Origin: Amoebidium appalachense
Taxonomy: Eukaryota; Protista; Ichthyosporea
Reading direction: 5' to 3'
Length of the DNA stretch: 64,000 bases
Assembly (NCBI GenBank): GCA_963693365.1
Contig: CAVNZM010000003.1
Location: 14,478,914-14,542,913, forward strand
Made by a program: the position numbers and the translations under genes. A model generated the notes under the pieces. That model saw only the letters and a list, made by a program, of their open reading frames with translations. It had not been told where the DNA came from and did not search any database. Shown here one piece after another: positions 51,634 through 64,000 of this stretch. Position 1 is the first letter of the stretch. Every line of letters starts with the position of its first letter.

Positions 51634-52272
51634 GGTTGATGGCCAATAGAACTGAAAAAGCCAAAGCTACGAAATAAAAATAAAGCGACAAGTGACAAAG
51701 GACACCAGCGGGCAAAACCTTAAGTGTACGTGTATGCGTGAAACTAGTTTGCTCCAACTAGTCATATGCATCGATGTTGACCAGACCACACTCCGCAAGA
51801 AGACATCATTACTCAGTCTGCTGCTTCCCAACAGGCCCCCCTCAAAACCTACCGAGGCACAGCAAGCAAGTCAGCCTCTAAAAGAGCAATGCAGACCAAA
51901 TCTGAGCTAAAAAACAATCCCAACGGGCCCGGCCCCTAGATAACCCGGAGAAACTGCATCTAGCTCTCTGATAAGATGGCCTAGTTGTGGCAGGACACGC
52001 AGAAAAACACAATTACAGAATGCATGCGAGCAAACCCGGTCATTGCCATACGACTGGAGGCTAAGGACTGGCAGTCACTTGGAAAGCTCCCCGACGACGT
52101 AATTTCACAGCCTGGTCTGACTCTCCGGGGCGTGAGCTGGCGGCCGCTATATTCAAATCACGCATTATTGTCATGCCATGCATGGGCCCATGGCCGCGCG
52201 ACGCGGCCCGGCCATACATGGCTATGCATGGCAGCTGGCCATGGCGCCATGGCCATCAGTGCACATATGCAT

Positions 52273-52485
52273 GGGGTTTACGCTGTTTACTTCGGCGAGG
52301 CAAAGAGAGACCAGTCTCAGGTATGGGGGGTTTTTGCTCGGAATATCCCCTCAGCGGTATATCATGATCACGTACATAGATGTCGGGTGATGACTATATA
52401 TCAGGGGGTAATTACTTTCTCTACGAGACACCATAAAGACTAAGAAAAATCAATTAAAGTTGGGGTTCCCCGTTTTTTTTTTTTT

Positions 52486-52534
<49 letters not shown>

Positions 52535-52564
52535 CTCCGGCCTGGGACACTCGGTATCAGCTGG

Positions 52565-52659
<95 letters not shown>

Positions 52660-53076
52660 TGCGCTAAATTTTGTAATGTGTTTCTCAAGCCAATCAATAC
52701 ATTTAATAAACAGGTCGTAGTTTCGCGTGTTTAGTATAGAATCAAGGATGTTGTAATTTACAGGTAGGCTATCTTTCTGGGTGTCTGTTGTGAATGTGAC
52801 GTGTGTGTGTTGCGGTATTATGTGGTCTATCAAACTACATTTGGCGATACATGACCGTTTAAACTGGTGTGTGTGTGTGTTGTTTGGGCATGCAAACGAT
52901 GCCACCTTATACTTATTAGATCTCCACTGTATAGCACGTGTACAGTAAAAGCGTGGTAATTGATCAATAATACCATCAGCTAGAGAAAGACCAGTTCTGC
53001 AGGAAGGTAATATGTATTTAGGTGTTATACATTTGTGAGTGCCATATTTGGCAATATGGTTAAGGCGGTCATTATA
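52273..53076 (-). mobile_element. 5'-truncated second copy of the same LINE
   Basis: High identity to ~48670-49435 including the ORF C-terminus (RLNHIAKYGT...WLEKHIT) and the 3' trailer. Confidence 0.92.
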
Positions 53077-53249
53077 TGCCATGCGGCCCACGCGGCCGCG
53101 GCATATGTGACGCGCGCACTTGCACTGCAGGTTGCAGCTGGAGTCCAGACGCAAAAGGCTTTCCCGATGATATGATGCATTATCACACACACAGCTTACA
53201 GAGGGCAGGGCCGTATGGTGCACCATAGGGGCCTTGTGCACAGCACTGC

Positions 53250-53292
<43 letters not shown>

Positions 53293-53510
53293 TAGGGGAC
53301 AGAGGAGGTGGAAGGAGGAGGAGGAGGAGGGGGAGGAGGGGAGGGGAGGGGGGGAGGGGGGGGGGGGGGGAAGGGGGGGGGAAGGAGGATCGCATGAATT
53401 CTTGGAGGTTGGCAATCAAAAAGGTGCAACCACGCCTGCCACAAGCGGCTGAGAAACAACAGGCACAAACAAATGTGTAGGCATAAACTAGCCGAACAGT
53501 GCCCCACCAT

Positions 53511-53553
<43 letters not shown>

Positions 53554-53809
53554 CTTCACAGAATTTCATCAGGCCTCTACAAAGTAGAACAGGGGTTGAA
53601 GTCCGTTGTGCAGTACTCTTCCCCCGCTCCCTCCCCCCCCCCCCCCCCCCCCCCCCCTCCAAAAAAAAAACACCTTCCCAGTCTCTATGTGTGTGCGCGC
53701 ATGTTCCGCGTATGTGTTTGTGTTTGCTTGTGGGTGCATGCTTGCGTGTGTCCATCATGCCGGGACTGGGGTGGGAGGTTGCACGGGTGAATGGGGTGGG
53801 GAGAGGGGG

Positions 53810-53844
<35 letters not shown>

Positions 53845-54076
53845 TGGCGGCGGTGGTGGTGGTGGTGGTGGTGGTGGTGGTGGTGGTGGGGGGGGGGGGG
53901 GGGGGGGGGGGGGAGCGGAGGGACGGGGGGGGGACAAAAGAGACTAACGAACACACTCACCATTCAACACACAAAAAGAGACGAAAACCATGGCACGTCC
54001 GCTCACACCCACTTCCACTGAGTTATTTGCCGCCACATATGGGGGGTCAGCGGGTGAAGGGTTGGGGGTGGTGGGT

Positions 54077-54134
<58 letters not shown>

Positions 54135-55374
54135 GGGGTGGGGGGTGGGGGGGGGGGGGGGGGGGGGAGGACAAGGGTATGAAGAATACACACCATTCAA
54201 CGTGTAAAGGAACACACACACTCATACGTCCGCTCACACCCATTTCCACTGTTTTGAGTTATTTGCCGCCGTGTTCCCTTCCACCCCCGTTTGGAAAAAT
54301 GCCCCCCCGGTGCCTCCCGCCTCCCACCTGGTTGCCGATGGAGAAAATACGGGTTGGGCGGTAGCTATGTGTGGTGGCAAAGCAGTGATCGGGGGGACGG
54401 GCGGAGGCGGTTTGTTGGCTGCGTGTGGTGGGAGGGGGAGAGGAGAGGGAGAATGATGGGAGTGTGAGATCTGATTTATGACACAAGAAAAAACATAAGG
54501 ATAATTATAATACTACAACACATATATAACAAACAATCGGGACGCTTTAAGGGCGTGCGTTGGTTAAAAGACTGCCGCGCATCTCGGCCATGATTAATTT
54601 GATATTCACAAGCTTCTACCTTGTCCCCCCCTCCCCCCACCCCTTCCCCCCACTTCTGCTTGTTTTACGAGCCCCCCCCCCCCCCCCCCCCCCCCCCTCA
54701 TTCTTCCTCCCTCCCCCCACCCTTTCTCTCCCACTCCGCCCTTTCCCCGGCCATTCGAGCGTATCCCCCATTAAGATGAAGAAAGCTCAGAGTAAGAAGC
54801 AGACATTTGGGTATTTTAACCAACTCCAAGCCAGGTTTATCTCTCTATGTTTTTATTCAATCAGAAATGGAAAAGGACAACGTCCGTATGCTCGACCTCA
54901 GTGAAAATATAAGTTTTTGAGTCTATAATGGGGATTTTGCATACTTGGGTCTGGAGATGTGTGCTCAGATGCTTTAAGATGCAACAACCACCACCTCCAT
55001 TACCACCACAGAGAGGAAGAGGGATAGGGAGAGGGTGGTGGTGGTGGTGGTGGGGGTGGGGGGGGGGGGGGGGGGGGGGGGGGGAGGGAAGGAGGGAGCG
55101 AGGGTGGAAGGGGAGAGAGAAGTTGGGGGAAGCGAGAGATAGGAAGGGGAGGGAGGGTGGAATTGAGAGGGAAGAGACAGAGGAGGAGGAGGGAGGAGGG
55201 GGGGGGGGGGGGGGGAGGGGGGCGGAGAAGGAAGAATTGAACTGAAAAAGAGGAAACAAAAGAACAAGAAAAGAAAAGAGACCCCCCCCCCCCTCCCCCC
55301 CCCCCCACACACACACACAAAAAAAGGAGCCGGCAAAAAAAGAAAAGAAATAAAATATAAAACTAAAAACCTAC

Positions 55375-55468
55375 CAGCGGCCACAGCAGCCTCCTCCCTC
55401 CACCTGACCCACGGCTGCGCCTGAAACACCTCACCGTGTAGCGTGCCCCCCCACGTTAAAGTGCCCTC
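55375..55468 (-). CDS. Small exon of unknown gene, paralog 2 (EGTLTWGGTLHGEVFQAQPWVRW)
   Basis: CTACAG acceptor; peptide homologous to the exon at 60045-60112; donor position uncertain. Confidence 0.55.
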
Positions 55469-56308
55469 CTGTAGTTTCAAGACGTTAAATCTTAATGCAC
55501 ACGTCATAAAGCCTCTGAAAATACTTACAACGCCAGAGCAACTACCCGGGTGCTAGCTAGAATCCCCCCCCCCCCCCCCCGCCCCCCCCCGCCAATCTCA
55601 TATGTGACTATCACCCATCCGAAACCTACTAGGTCATTTCATACTACGGACACGTGTAATGCATATGCGTGCTAGTATTAGGGTGTTGTGCAAGCATACA
55701 GAGGTACGTACACGAATCCCGTACAGGGGTGCGGAGGGAGAGAGGGAGGGAGGGAGGGAGGGAGGGAGGGAGGGAGGGAGGGAGGGAGGGAGGGAGGGAG
55801 GGGGGGGGGGGGGGGGGGACGGAGCGAGAGGGAGGGAGGGAGGGAGGGAGGGAGGGAGGGAGGGAGGGAGGGAGGGAGGGAGGGAGGAAAGGACGGAGGG
55901 AGGGAGTGAGGGAGTGAGGGAGGGAGGGAGGGAGGGAGGGAGGGAGGGAGGGAGGAAAGGACGGAGGGAGGGAGTGAGGGAGTGAGGGGAGTGAGGGAGG
56001 GAGGGAAGGGAGAGGGGGGGGGGGGGGGAGGGGGGACGGAGCGAGAGGGGGGGAGGGGGGGGGGGAGGGAGGGAGGGAATGTGGGAGGGAGGGAGGGAGG
56101 AAGGAGGGAGGGACGAGGCAAAGGAAGGGGGGGGGACGGGGGGGGGGGGGGGGGGGGGGGGTAGTGAAGGCAAGGAGGGAGGGAGCGAGGGAGGGAGGGA
56201 GGTTGGGAGGGGAAGAGGGGGGGGGGGGGGGGGGGACAAGCAAGGGAAACAGACATATACAGGGGGGGGGGAGGGAACGAGATTAAGGTGAATGTCCTCC
56301 CAACCCAC

Positions 56309-56900
56309 CTTTCTTGCAGCACGCAGTGTATGTCTCAGTTGCAGCGACCACGCGCTGGGAATCTTATGGAGCAGAGTCATCACTTTTTGCACCACCGCTT
56401 TTTTGCTCTTCGTGTCGTCAAAATACTCGAAAAACACATCCCGTATACCGTCCGGCGTAAGAACCCCCCCCTGAATTGTTGTTTTTTTCGTCCTTATCCT
56501 TGTTGTTTTTTTCCTCCTTTCTCGTCGCCTTGGTGAAAATTTCCGTCGCTGCCTCTAGGGGGATCCGCTGCTTCTGGACGAGTTGTTCCAGAGCAGAACG
56601 CAGCGCTCCAGCCCTCTTGGAATATCCCACGACGGTTATCTCCTTTTTCGTTAGCGGCCGCTTGAAAACCTTCGAACTTAGCGAGCCGCCGTATATCCCG
56701 AGCGCCAATTTTCGCGCGATATCTACGCACGCTAGTGTAAGCATGGAGTGTAGGGCCTGGCTAGATATAACTCGTATGAGATAGTCCGGTAGATTTTCGT
56801 CCGGATTTGGGAGCATGTCGGTTTGTTGGTTGCTGCGGTCCCGTCCCGGGAACAGACTAAGAATGCGGTTGAGAGGGTCGGAACCTGACTCTTCGGATAG
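56309..56900 (-). CDS. Large exon of unknown gene, paralog 2 (one extra base, probably in the C-run at ~56464-56471)
   Basis: TACAG acceptor and AAG|GTGGGT donor; peptide homologous to 61111-61641. Confidence 0.68.
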
Positions 56901-56901
56901 C

Positions 56902-57422
<521 letters not shown>

Positions 57423-57847
57423 GGGGGGGGGGGGGGGGGGGGGGGGATGTGTGTGTGTGCGTGTGCGCACGTGTGCACGTGTGTGTTGTGTGTACTTGGT
57501 GGTTGTGGTTGTTCTTGTGGTGGTGTTTGGGTTGGGGGGGGGAGGAGAGGTTTGGGGGGAAGGGGGTGGGGGGGGGCTGAGGGGGGAGGAGGAGGGGGGG
57601 CACGGGAGGGGTTGCATTAGAATCGTATGTCGTAATGTAAATCGTGCTTTGTCATACCCCCCCCCCCCCCCCTCCTCCCCCCTTTCCCCGGGGGCACAGT
57701 TGACAGTGGAAACATAGGCAGGACCGACTATGCAACGGGAAAACAGAAGCAAGGATATGAATGTAGGGGGAAAATGGCTGGGAGGGCGGGTGCCGGGGAG
57801 GGGGGGGGGGGGGGGGGGGGAGGAGGGGGGAGGGGGGAGGGGCGGGG

Positions 57848-57891
<44 letters not shown>

Positions 57892-58156
57892 GGGGGAAGG
57901 GGGGAGGGGCGGGGGGAGGCGGGGGAGAGTGGGATGAGCCGCAAGGTACAAGGTACACACTAGTGACAGGCAACACAACCAGAGTGCAACACCCACACAC
58001 CCACACACCCACGCATAAAGAGATTGCATAAGAAGCAGAGCCGATCCATATGTGGGGCCCAAGTCATCCACAGTAGCCGAAAAGGGGGGGATGGGAGGGA
58101 GCGAGGGAGGAATGGAGGAAAGGAGGGGCCGGGGGGGGGGGGGGGGGGGGGGGGTT

Positions 58157-58412
58157 GAATGCGGAACACGGTATGAAGTACGCATACACGAAGGACACAT
58201 GCAAAGGCAAACATTCAAGTATGCAACATCAGCCATACGCACAGTATGCGTCATAAGCAGAACCCATCCTCAGGGAGGGCCCAAGTCATCAATTGCGTCT
58301 GAGTTTCGACCCCTTAGCCAGCGTATATACGACTCTCCAACTCAGACAGCAGCATCAACTGAACTTGGTAGGGTCAACCCGTCTTGATCAAAGACGAGCA
58401 GGGTTGCTTATG
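58157..58412. repeat. Diverged copy of parts of the 61816-62533 segment and of the short dispersed repeat
   Basis: CCCGTCTTGATCA.AGACGAGCAGGGTTGCTTA and CCCATCCTCAGGG..GGCCCA.GTCATC shared. Confidence 0.75.
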
Positions 58413-58532
58413 CAAGTAAGGTGAGCAAAACGGTGAAGATGTGTGTGCAAACTAATGCAGTGCAGCGAAAAATGCGTATGTGCTTACACACACGACACAG
58501 AGCAACCATGCCCGGTTGCATGGAAGTAAAAG

Positions 58533-58572
<40 letters not shown>

Positions 58573-58673
58573 GTCGGTTACCTCCAAGCTCAAATCATCC
58601 CCGACAGGTTCAAAGGCAGCCTCTGAATGGGTGGGGACTGTAGAGCCAGAAAGCGCAGTGGGGTCTTCGATGG

Positions 58674-58719
<46 letters not shown>

Positions 58720-59649
58720 GTTCCTTACCTGTGTGTGTGTGGATGCTTGCATGTTTGCGTGTGTATATGGGAGTGAGTGAGTGTGAGTGTGAGTGTGAGT
58801 GTGACATGAGTGTGAGTGTAAGTGTCAGTGTGCTTGTGAGCGTGAAAATGAGCGTGAAAGTGAGTATGTGCGTGCGTGCGTGCATGTGTGTGAGTTGTGC
58901 GTGTGAGCGTGTGCAAAGTTATACTGTGTGTGCCCCTGCCGTATTCCGCCCCTGCTTGTGTTAGTGTGTGAATGTATGTGCGCGCAAGAATGTGCATATG
59001 TCTGGCACGGATGTGAGGTTTACATGTGTGTAAGTGTTCCCACAAACGTGTCTGTTTTTGTCACTTGCGGCAGCGGTGGCCGGAGGGGGGAGAAGAAAGG
59101 GGAGGGGAAGGGGGGGGGTGTGGGTGGGTGGGTGTATGGGGGTGGGGGGAGAAAGGGGGGGGGGGGAGGGGGGGATATTTGTCAAACAAGGGGAAAGAAT
59201 ACATTATAACACAAAACACTACAAAACCGTTGCAAACTCAAAGACACCGTCGACGATATAGAAGGAGACATGATAAACAAGTGAGCCCAGTATCATTGGG
59301 TTTAAGGAAAGAATTTCGGCTCCTAGACCTATCAAACTAACTCTTTTCACTTTGCTTTGTTTCCATGGCAATTTACATGTCGACACGTCTTGCAAATAAC
59401 CGATAAACGACCAGAAGCAACAACAAAAAAAACATTATAGGGGGGCATTTATGCCAATTTATAAGCCCTTATCGGGTCAGAACAAAATGCTGCTTGATGC
59501 GCATCCCACCAATCATAAAGCGTAAAACACTTCTGGGCTTGACGCGACCCAGGTTCCTAAAAGGAAAAAACCCCCCATCAAACAGCCCACAACGAAAGAG
59601 CAGCCGGGGCAGGGGGGGCAGGGGGGTGGGGTGGGGTTGGTTTTTTTTT

Positions 59650-59680
<31 letters not shown>

Positions 59681-60044
59681 GGGCTGAGATGTAAGCATTA
59701 GAGCACGGGGACCATTGAAACAAAGACGTTGAAAAAACGACACAGGCGCCAAAACCAGGGGGAAAAAAAAGCGGTTTTGGGGGGGGGGGGGGGGGGGGGG
59801 GGGGAGAGAGAGGAGAGAGAAGGTGTTTATACCGTGAATTTCCGATAAGTTGGGGAGGGGCCGGCACCATATTGTCCATTAAAGGGTGGGGAACATTGAA
59901 GCAAACATGTTGAAAAAACGACAGACAAAGACACAAAGCAAAAAGCGGGTGGGCGGTTGGGGGGGGGGGGAGGGGGGATGGGGGGGAGGGGGGAGGGGGG
60001 GATCTATACCGTGAATTTCCGATGGATTGGGGAGGGGTTGGCAC

Positions 60045-60111
60045 CAAGTTGTCCAGGGTTCACGTGTGAAAGTCTCTGCGTTCAATGTGCCACCCCATTG
60101 CAACGTATCGG

Positions 60112-60112
<1 letters not shown>
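60045..60112 (-). CDS. Small exon of unknown gene, paralog 1 (ADTLQWGGTLNAETFTREPWTTW)
   Basis: CACAG acceptor, GT donor; homologous to 55375-55468. Confidence 0.55.
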
Positions 60113-60164
<52 letters not shown>

Positions 60165-60349
60165 TGCCTGTGTACGTGTGTGTACGCGTGTGTGTATGTC
60201 TGTGTATGCGCGCGCATGTGCGAGCGTACGTGCATGCATTTGTACGTGCATGAGTGTGTGGTTGTGTTTGTGTCAATAGTGTTTCCTTATATGCTGTTAA
60301 CATCTTGCCTTGTTTTCTCAAACAAAGTGATCTTGTTGGCCACCCACAG

Positions 60350-60384
<35 letters not shown>

Positions 60385-60555
60385 ACACACACACCACACC
60401 CAAAAAAAGAAAAAAAAAAAAAAAAACTGCCACCACCACCACCAACCCCGAACATCATGGTCAACTTTTCATCTCCTCTCGTTCCTTGTTCCTCACTGTC
60501 CTCCTCCTCTGCCCACCAATCATCCTTCCACCTTCACACACACAAAGCAAGAGAG

Positions 60556-60599
<44 letters not shown>

Positions 60600-60852
60600 T
60601 TCTTCCCCTTTCCCCCCTTCCACCCTCCCCTTTTTGCCCCTGGCCACCACCACCACGACTACACAGACACACACCCACTTCACGTTGACAAGTCCTCAAA
60701 ACTCGCACACACAGACACACACACATAAAGCCACACAACACACACAAAAAACAGAACAGTCTATCCCCCCCCCCCCCCAGACTTCCTCTCTACGTTTGCC
60801 TTAACCACAACAAAGCATCCACGCACCAACCACCACTCAATATTAACGACTA

Positions 60853-61047
60853 ATGGTTCTGTATAGACTACGTACCCCGACAGACCACTAAAATAAGCCT
60901 ACCACCGGGTGGTTTTCATTCAAAAATGACGTCACATTACACTACCGCATAGAGTAGCGAATAATATGACGTCATTTCAGATTGAAACCACCCGGCAGCT
61001 AGCTAACCTCTGTAGTCTGTAAGGGTATATAGTCTGCATTGACCCAT
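60853..61047. mobile_element. Small foldback/MITE-like inverted repeat within a predicted intron
   Basis: CCGGGTGGTTT..AAATGACGTCA and TGACGTCATTT..AAACCACCCGG (60905-60995) plus degenerate outer arms. Confidence 0.7.
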
Positions 61048-61110
61048 CACTCCATGATTATCTTTATTCTTTTAATTTCTTTTTTTTTTTTAAAAAAAAA
61101 ACCCACCCAC

Positions 61111-61641
61111 CTTGAAAGAGTTCGCCACCTCCCTGGCAAGCTCCACCGCCCACCCCCTCCCGATCTGCCTCAACAGGGTTAGAACCCTATGCACCACTTC
61201 CCTCCGCGACAAACCCCGCGAAAAATGCAAAAAAAGCGCAATTTTCCAATCCTCCGTCTTGGGGATATTCTTGCTCGCGTGCTCGAAAAGCGCGTTCGCG
61301 ACCGGGACAGGAATACGGAATTCCGACACCAACGTATTCAGCGTGCGGTGGAATTCGCCGACGCGCCTTGCCCTCTGGATACTTTGGTATTCATACTGGC
61401 TCGGTGTAATATTCAAAACTCTCCACAGGGAGCCATGAAGCATCTTGAGAATGGTGTCGACCTTGTCGAGGCACGCGAGCGTGAGCACCGATTGGTTGAT
61501 CATGCGCTTATCGGAGGGGGGGCGAAGGATTCGGAGCGCAAAGTCCGTTAGGGACTCCCCCGGTTCGGGGAGGAGGTGGGTTTGCGCTCGTACGCGTTGT
61601 TGTTGATAGAGAACGGTGATAGGTTCGAGATTGACGGTCGG
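61111..61641 (-). CDS. Large exon (177 codons, phase 0-0) of unknown gene, paralog 1
   Basis: CCCCTCTTACAG acceptor, AAG|GTGGGT donor, open frame of non-repetitive peptide homologous to 56309-56900. Confidence 0.72.
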
Positions 61642-61815
61642 CTGTAAGAGGGGAGAGGGAGGGGGGGGGGGGGGGGGGGGTGTTGAATGAGTCAGAGAGT
61701 ACGGAGTACATATATATATCGAATAACACAATGTAGAGTGCAAACCACACACAAAGAGTATGCATAATCTATCCCCAGGGGAGCGGGGGCGGGGGCAGAG
61801 GGGGGGGGGGGGGGG

Positions 61816-62533
61816 GTTGAATGCGTCAAAAAGTACGAAGTACACAAGAACAAACGGATAACACGATGCAGAATGCAAACCATACATAAAGAGTATGCAT
61901 AATAAGCAGAGCCCATCCTCAGGGGGGGCCCACGTCATCCACAGTACCCGAGCTTCGACCTATTCACCTCGTTAACGAAACCCAACCCAGATACTGTTTC
62001 ACTTGAACATGGGTAGGTCACCCGTCTTGATCAGAGACGAGCAGGGTTGCTTAAGCAGGCATGGGCAGTGACCGGGGGTTAAAGTTGCAGCAGTAAGCAG
62101 AAGCAAGAAAAATATAGATAGGAACTCAGGAGACGGGGCTTCTAGGAAGCTCCCCTGTCGCTACCTAAGTCGATACTCCCCTGGCTAACATACTACACCA
62201 GCTGAAAAGAATTAGGTCCCGAGGGCCGCAGAATTCGCAATCAGAGGGGAAAATATATGATTTGACCCACGCCGCAGGGTAATAACACACTTACTAGGGC
62301 GGAACTTTAACGTCTTCGAACGGAAAGCTATGCCCCCGGATGTCAGCCGGAAATATGGTATCACCCATTGCTTTGGGCTTGAAAAAAGCCAAACCGATAG
62401 TCCGAGTTATATGCCGCATGGGTTCAAATGGAGCTGTCGCCAACAGAGCGGTGTGTGCATGCGTGAGCGTAATGCAATGTGTGAAGTGTGTCTATAGCTA
62501 TGAGAGGGGGTATGCAGAAGTGGACAGATGAAG
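61816..62533 (-). repeat. ~720-bp segment, inverted copy of 5520-6262; may hold upstream small exons of paralog 1
   Basis: Reverse-complement match; ATG-initiated MGDTIFPADIRGHSFPFED.KVPP followed by a GTAAG donor in both copies. Confidence 0.88.
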
Positions 62534-62923
62534 GGGGTAGGTCGATGTGAAGTATGTATCAGGTATTGGCTTATCATGGATAGCGGCGTGAAGGCACGAG
62601 GGCCAAAAATAAGGTGTGATTGCAGAAATAGTAAAAATTAACTATATGACAACAATAACAATAATAACTAAATATAGCAAAAGTAATATTTATACACAAC
62701 ATTGACGGCCATGATGTCAAAAATAGCACGACAACAACCAAAAAAAACAAAACAAAAACAAGGAGAAATGGTGAAAACAATCTCACGGTTATATCAACTA
62801 AAAACAGCAACACTAAAAAAAACAAAAATGCGGGCTACAACAGCATGGATATTAAGTTTACTAACAGCAACGATGATAATAACAACGCCACTAACAGTAT
62901 GATATGTCGCCAACCTTGCCGAT

Positions 62924-62959
<36 letters not shown>

Positions 62960-63022
62960 AACCGAAAAAAAAAGGAGGGGCACGAGGGGGGGGGGAGGGG
63001 GGGGGGGGGGGGGGGGGGGGCT

Positions 63023-63157
63023 GAATGCGGAACATAGTACGAAGTACACATACACGATTAGACGCATGGCGCAGGACGCATGCAAAGGCAAACATTCAAG
63101 TATGCAACATCAGCAAGGCGCACAGTATGCGTCATAAGCAGAGCCCATCCTCAGGGA
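63023..63157. repeat. Short dispersed repeat copy
   Basis: Matches 43791-43902 and 58157-58290. Confidence 0.8.
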
Positions 63158-64000
63158 CGGCCCGGGGGGGGGGGGGGGGGGGGGGGGGGGGAGGGATCTC
63201 CCTATGATACCTTGTTCTGGCTCTGACTGAGATACATCCCAGGAATGGGGGATAAGCCACGAACCTGCACCCAAAATACGTGAGCATCTGGACCACACGC
63301 ACACAGGAAAAACAAGAAAAATGCGGTCAAAAAAACCCCAATTCAAGGCAAAAGTTACTATATCCCGAATAGAGTAAGCACATGCTTGATCGGCACTGAA
63401 CTCCCGCCCCCATCCACAGCCCCCCTCTCTCCCCCCTCCCCCCCCCCCCCCCCCTTCCCCACACACACGCACACAAAAGGAATCCCCCCCCCCCTCCCCC
63501 CCCCCCCCCATTTCTTCCCCTTCCGCCGGTTCTTCAAGACGATGATGTGTAAGAACGGGTATTAAGAGAGGACAGATGCATGCACACAGGCACATCCACG
63601 GCACACACACGGGGCCATCTGATCGACAGAAAAAAGAAAAAGCAATAATCAAAAAGTCAAAGGAATCGAGTCATGCAGAGAGCAACAACGTTTGCAGTCC
63701 CCCCCCCCCCCCCCCCCCCCCTCCCCCTTCCAAAAAAAAAAAAGGAAGAAAAAGAAAAAAAGAAAAAAAAAAAGAAAAGAAAAAAAAGAAAAGAAAGCAC
63801 TCATTTGGCCCATAGTCAAGCTTCCAGATAGAACATTCGGGAAGGAAATAACAACACAGGAACGATGGCTGAATGAGGAATGGACCATGAAAGAGGGTGA
63901 GACAAACTCTGTGAAGGCCGGGGGGTGGGGGAGGAGGGGGGAGGGGGGCGGGGGGCGGGGGGGACAAGAGAGCAAGAGAGGGGGGAGGGGGATGGGCTGT

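Noticed and set aside
53950-54270. Short degenerate tandem duplications (also 59710-60045, 38475-38585, 48342-48390)
   Set aside because: Ordinary local duplications with no further structure evident

Overview
Eukaryotic, repeat-rich window with poly-G/poly-C tracts, (CA)n and (GA)n microsatellites and spliceosomal introns. The host is possibly an ichthyosporean or similar unicellular opisthokont (inference only). The left half is an LTR-retrotransposon cluster. It starts with the 3' part of a Copia element (1-~4206). A nested stack follows, each level delimited by paired LTRs and a 5-bp TSD: Copia-A (6424-28745, TATAC) contains a 569-bp TRIM in its 5' LTR (6729-7297, CTATG) and chromodomain Gypsy-B in its gag (8280-23376, ACAAG); Gypsy-B contains Copia-C in its gag (9492-16215, GACGG). 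The right half has a MORN-repeat gene, a C2H2 zinc-finger gene, several foldback/MITE elements, a LINE RT with a truncated tandem copy, and a tandem pair of multi-exon genes I cannot assign. Main observations: (1) the TRIM and Gypsy-B share the U5 end and a non-canonical PBS (AGCTACACC) that lacks TGG and resembles the complement of a tRNA 5' end; (2) retroelement ORFs almost lack CGC/GCG while keeping other CpGs; (3) Gypsy-B gag and pol are separated by an in-frame TGA followed by a large stem-loop, a readthrough candidate. All alignments and counts are by eye, and frameshifts in homopolymers may be sequencing errors.
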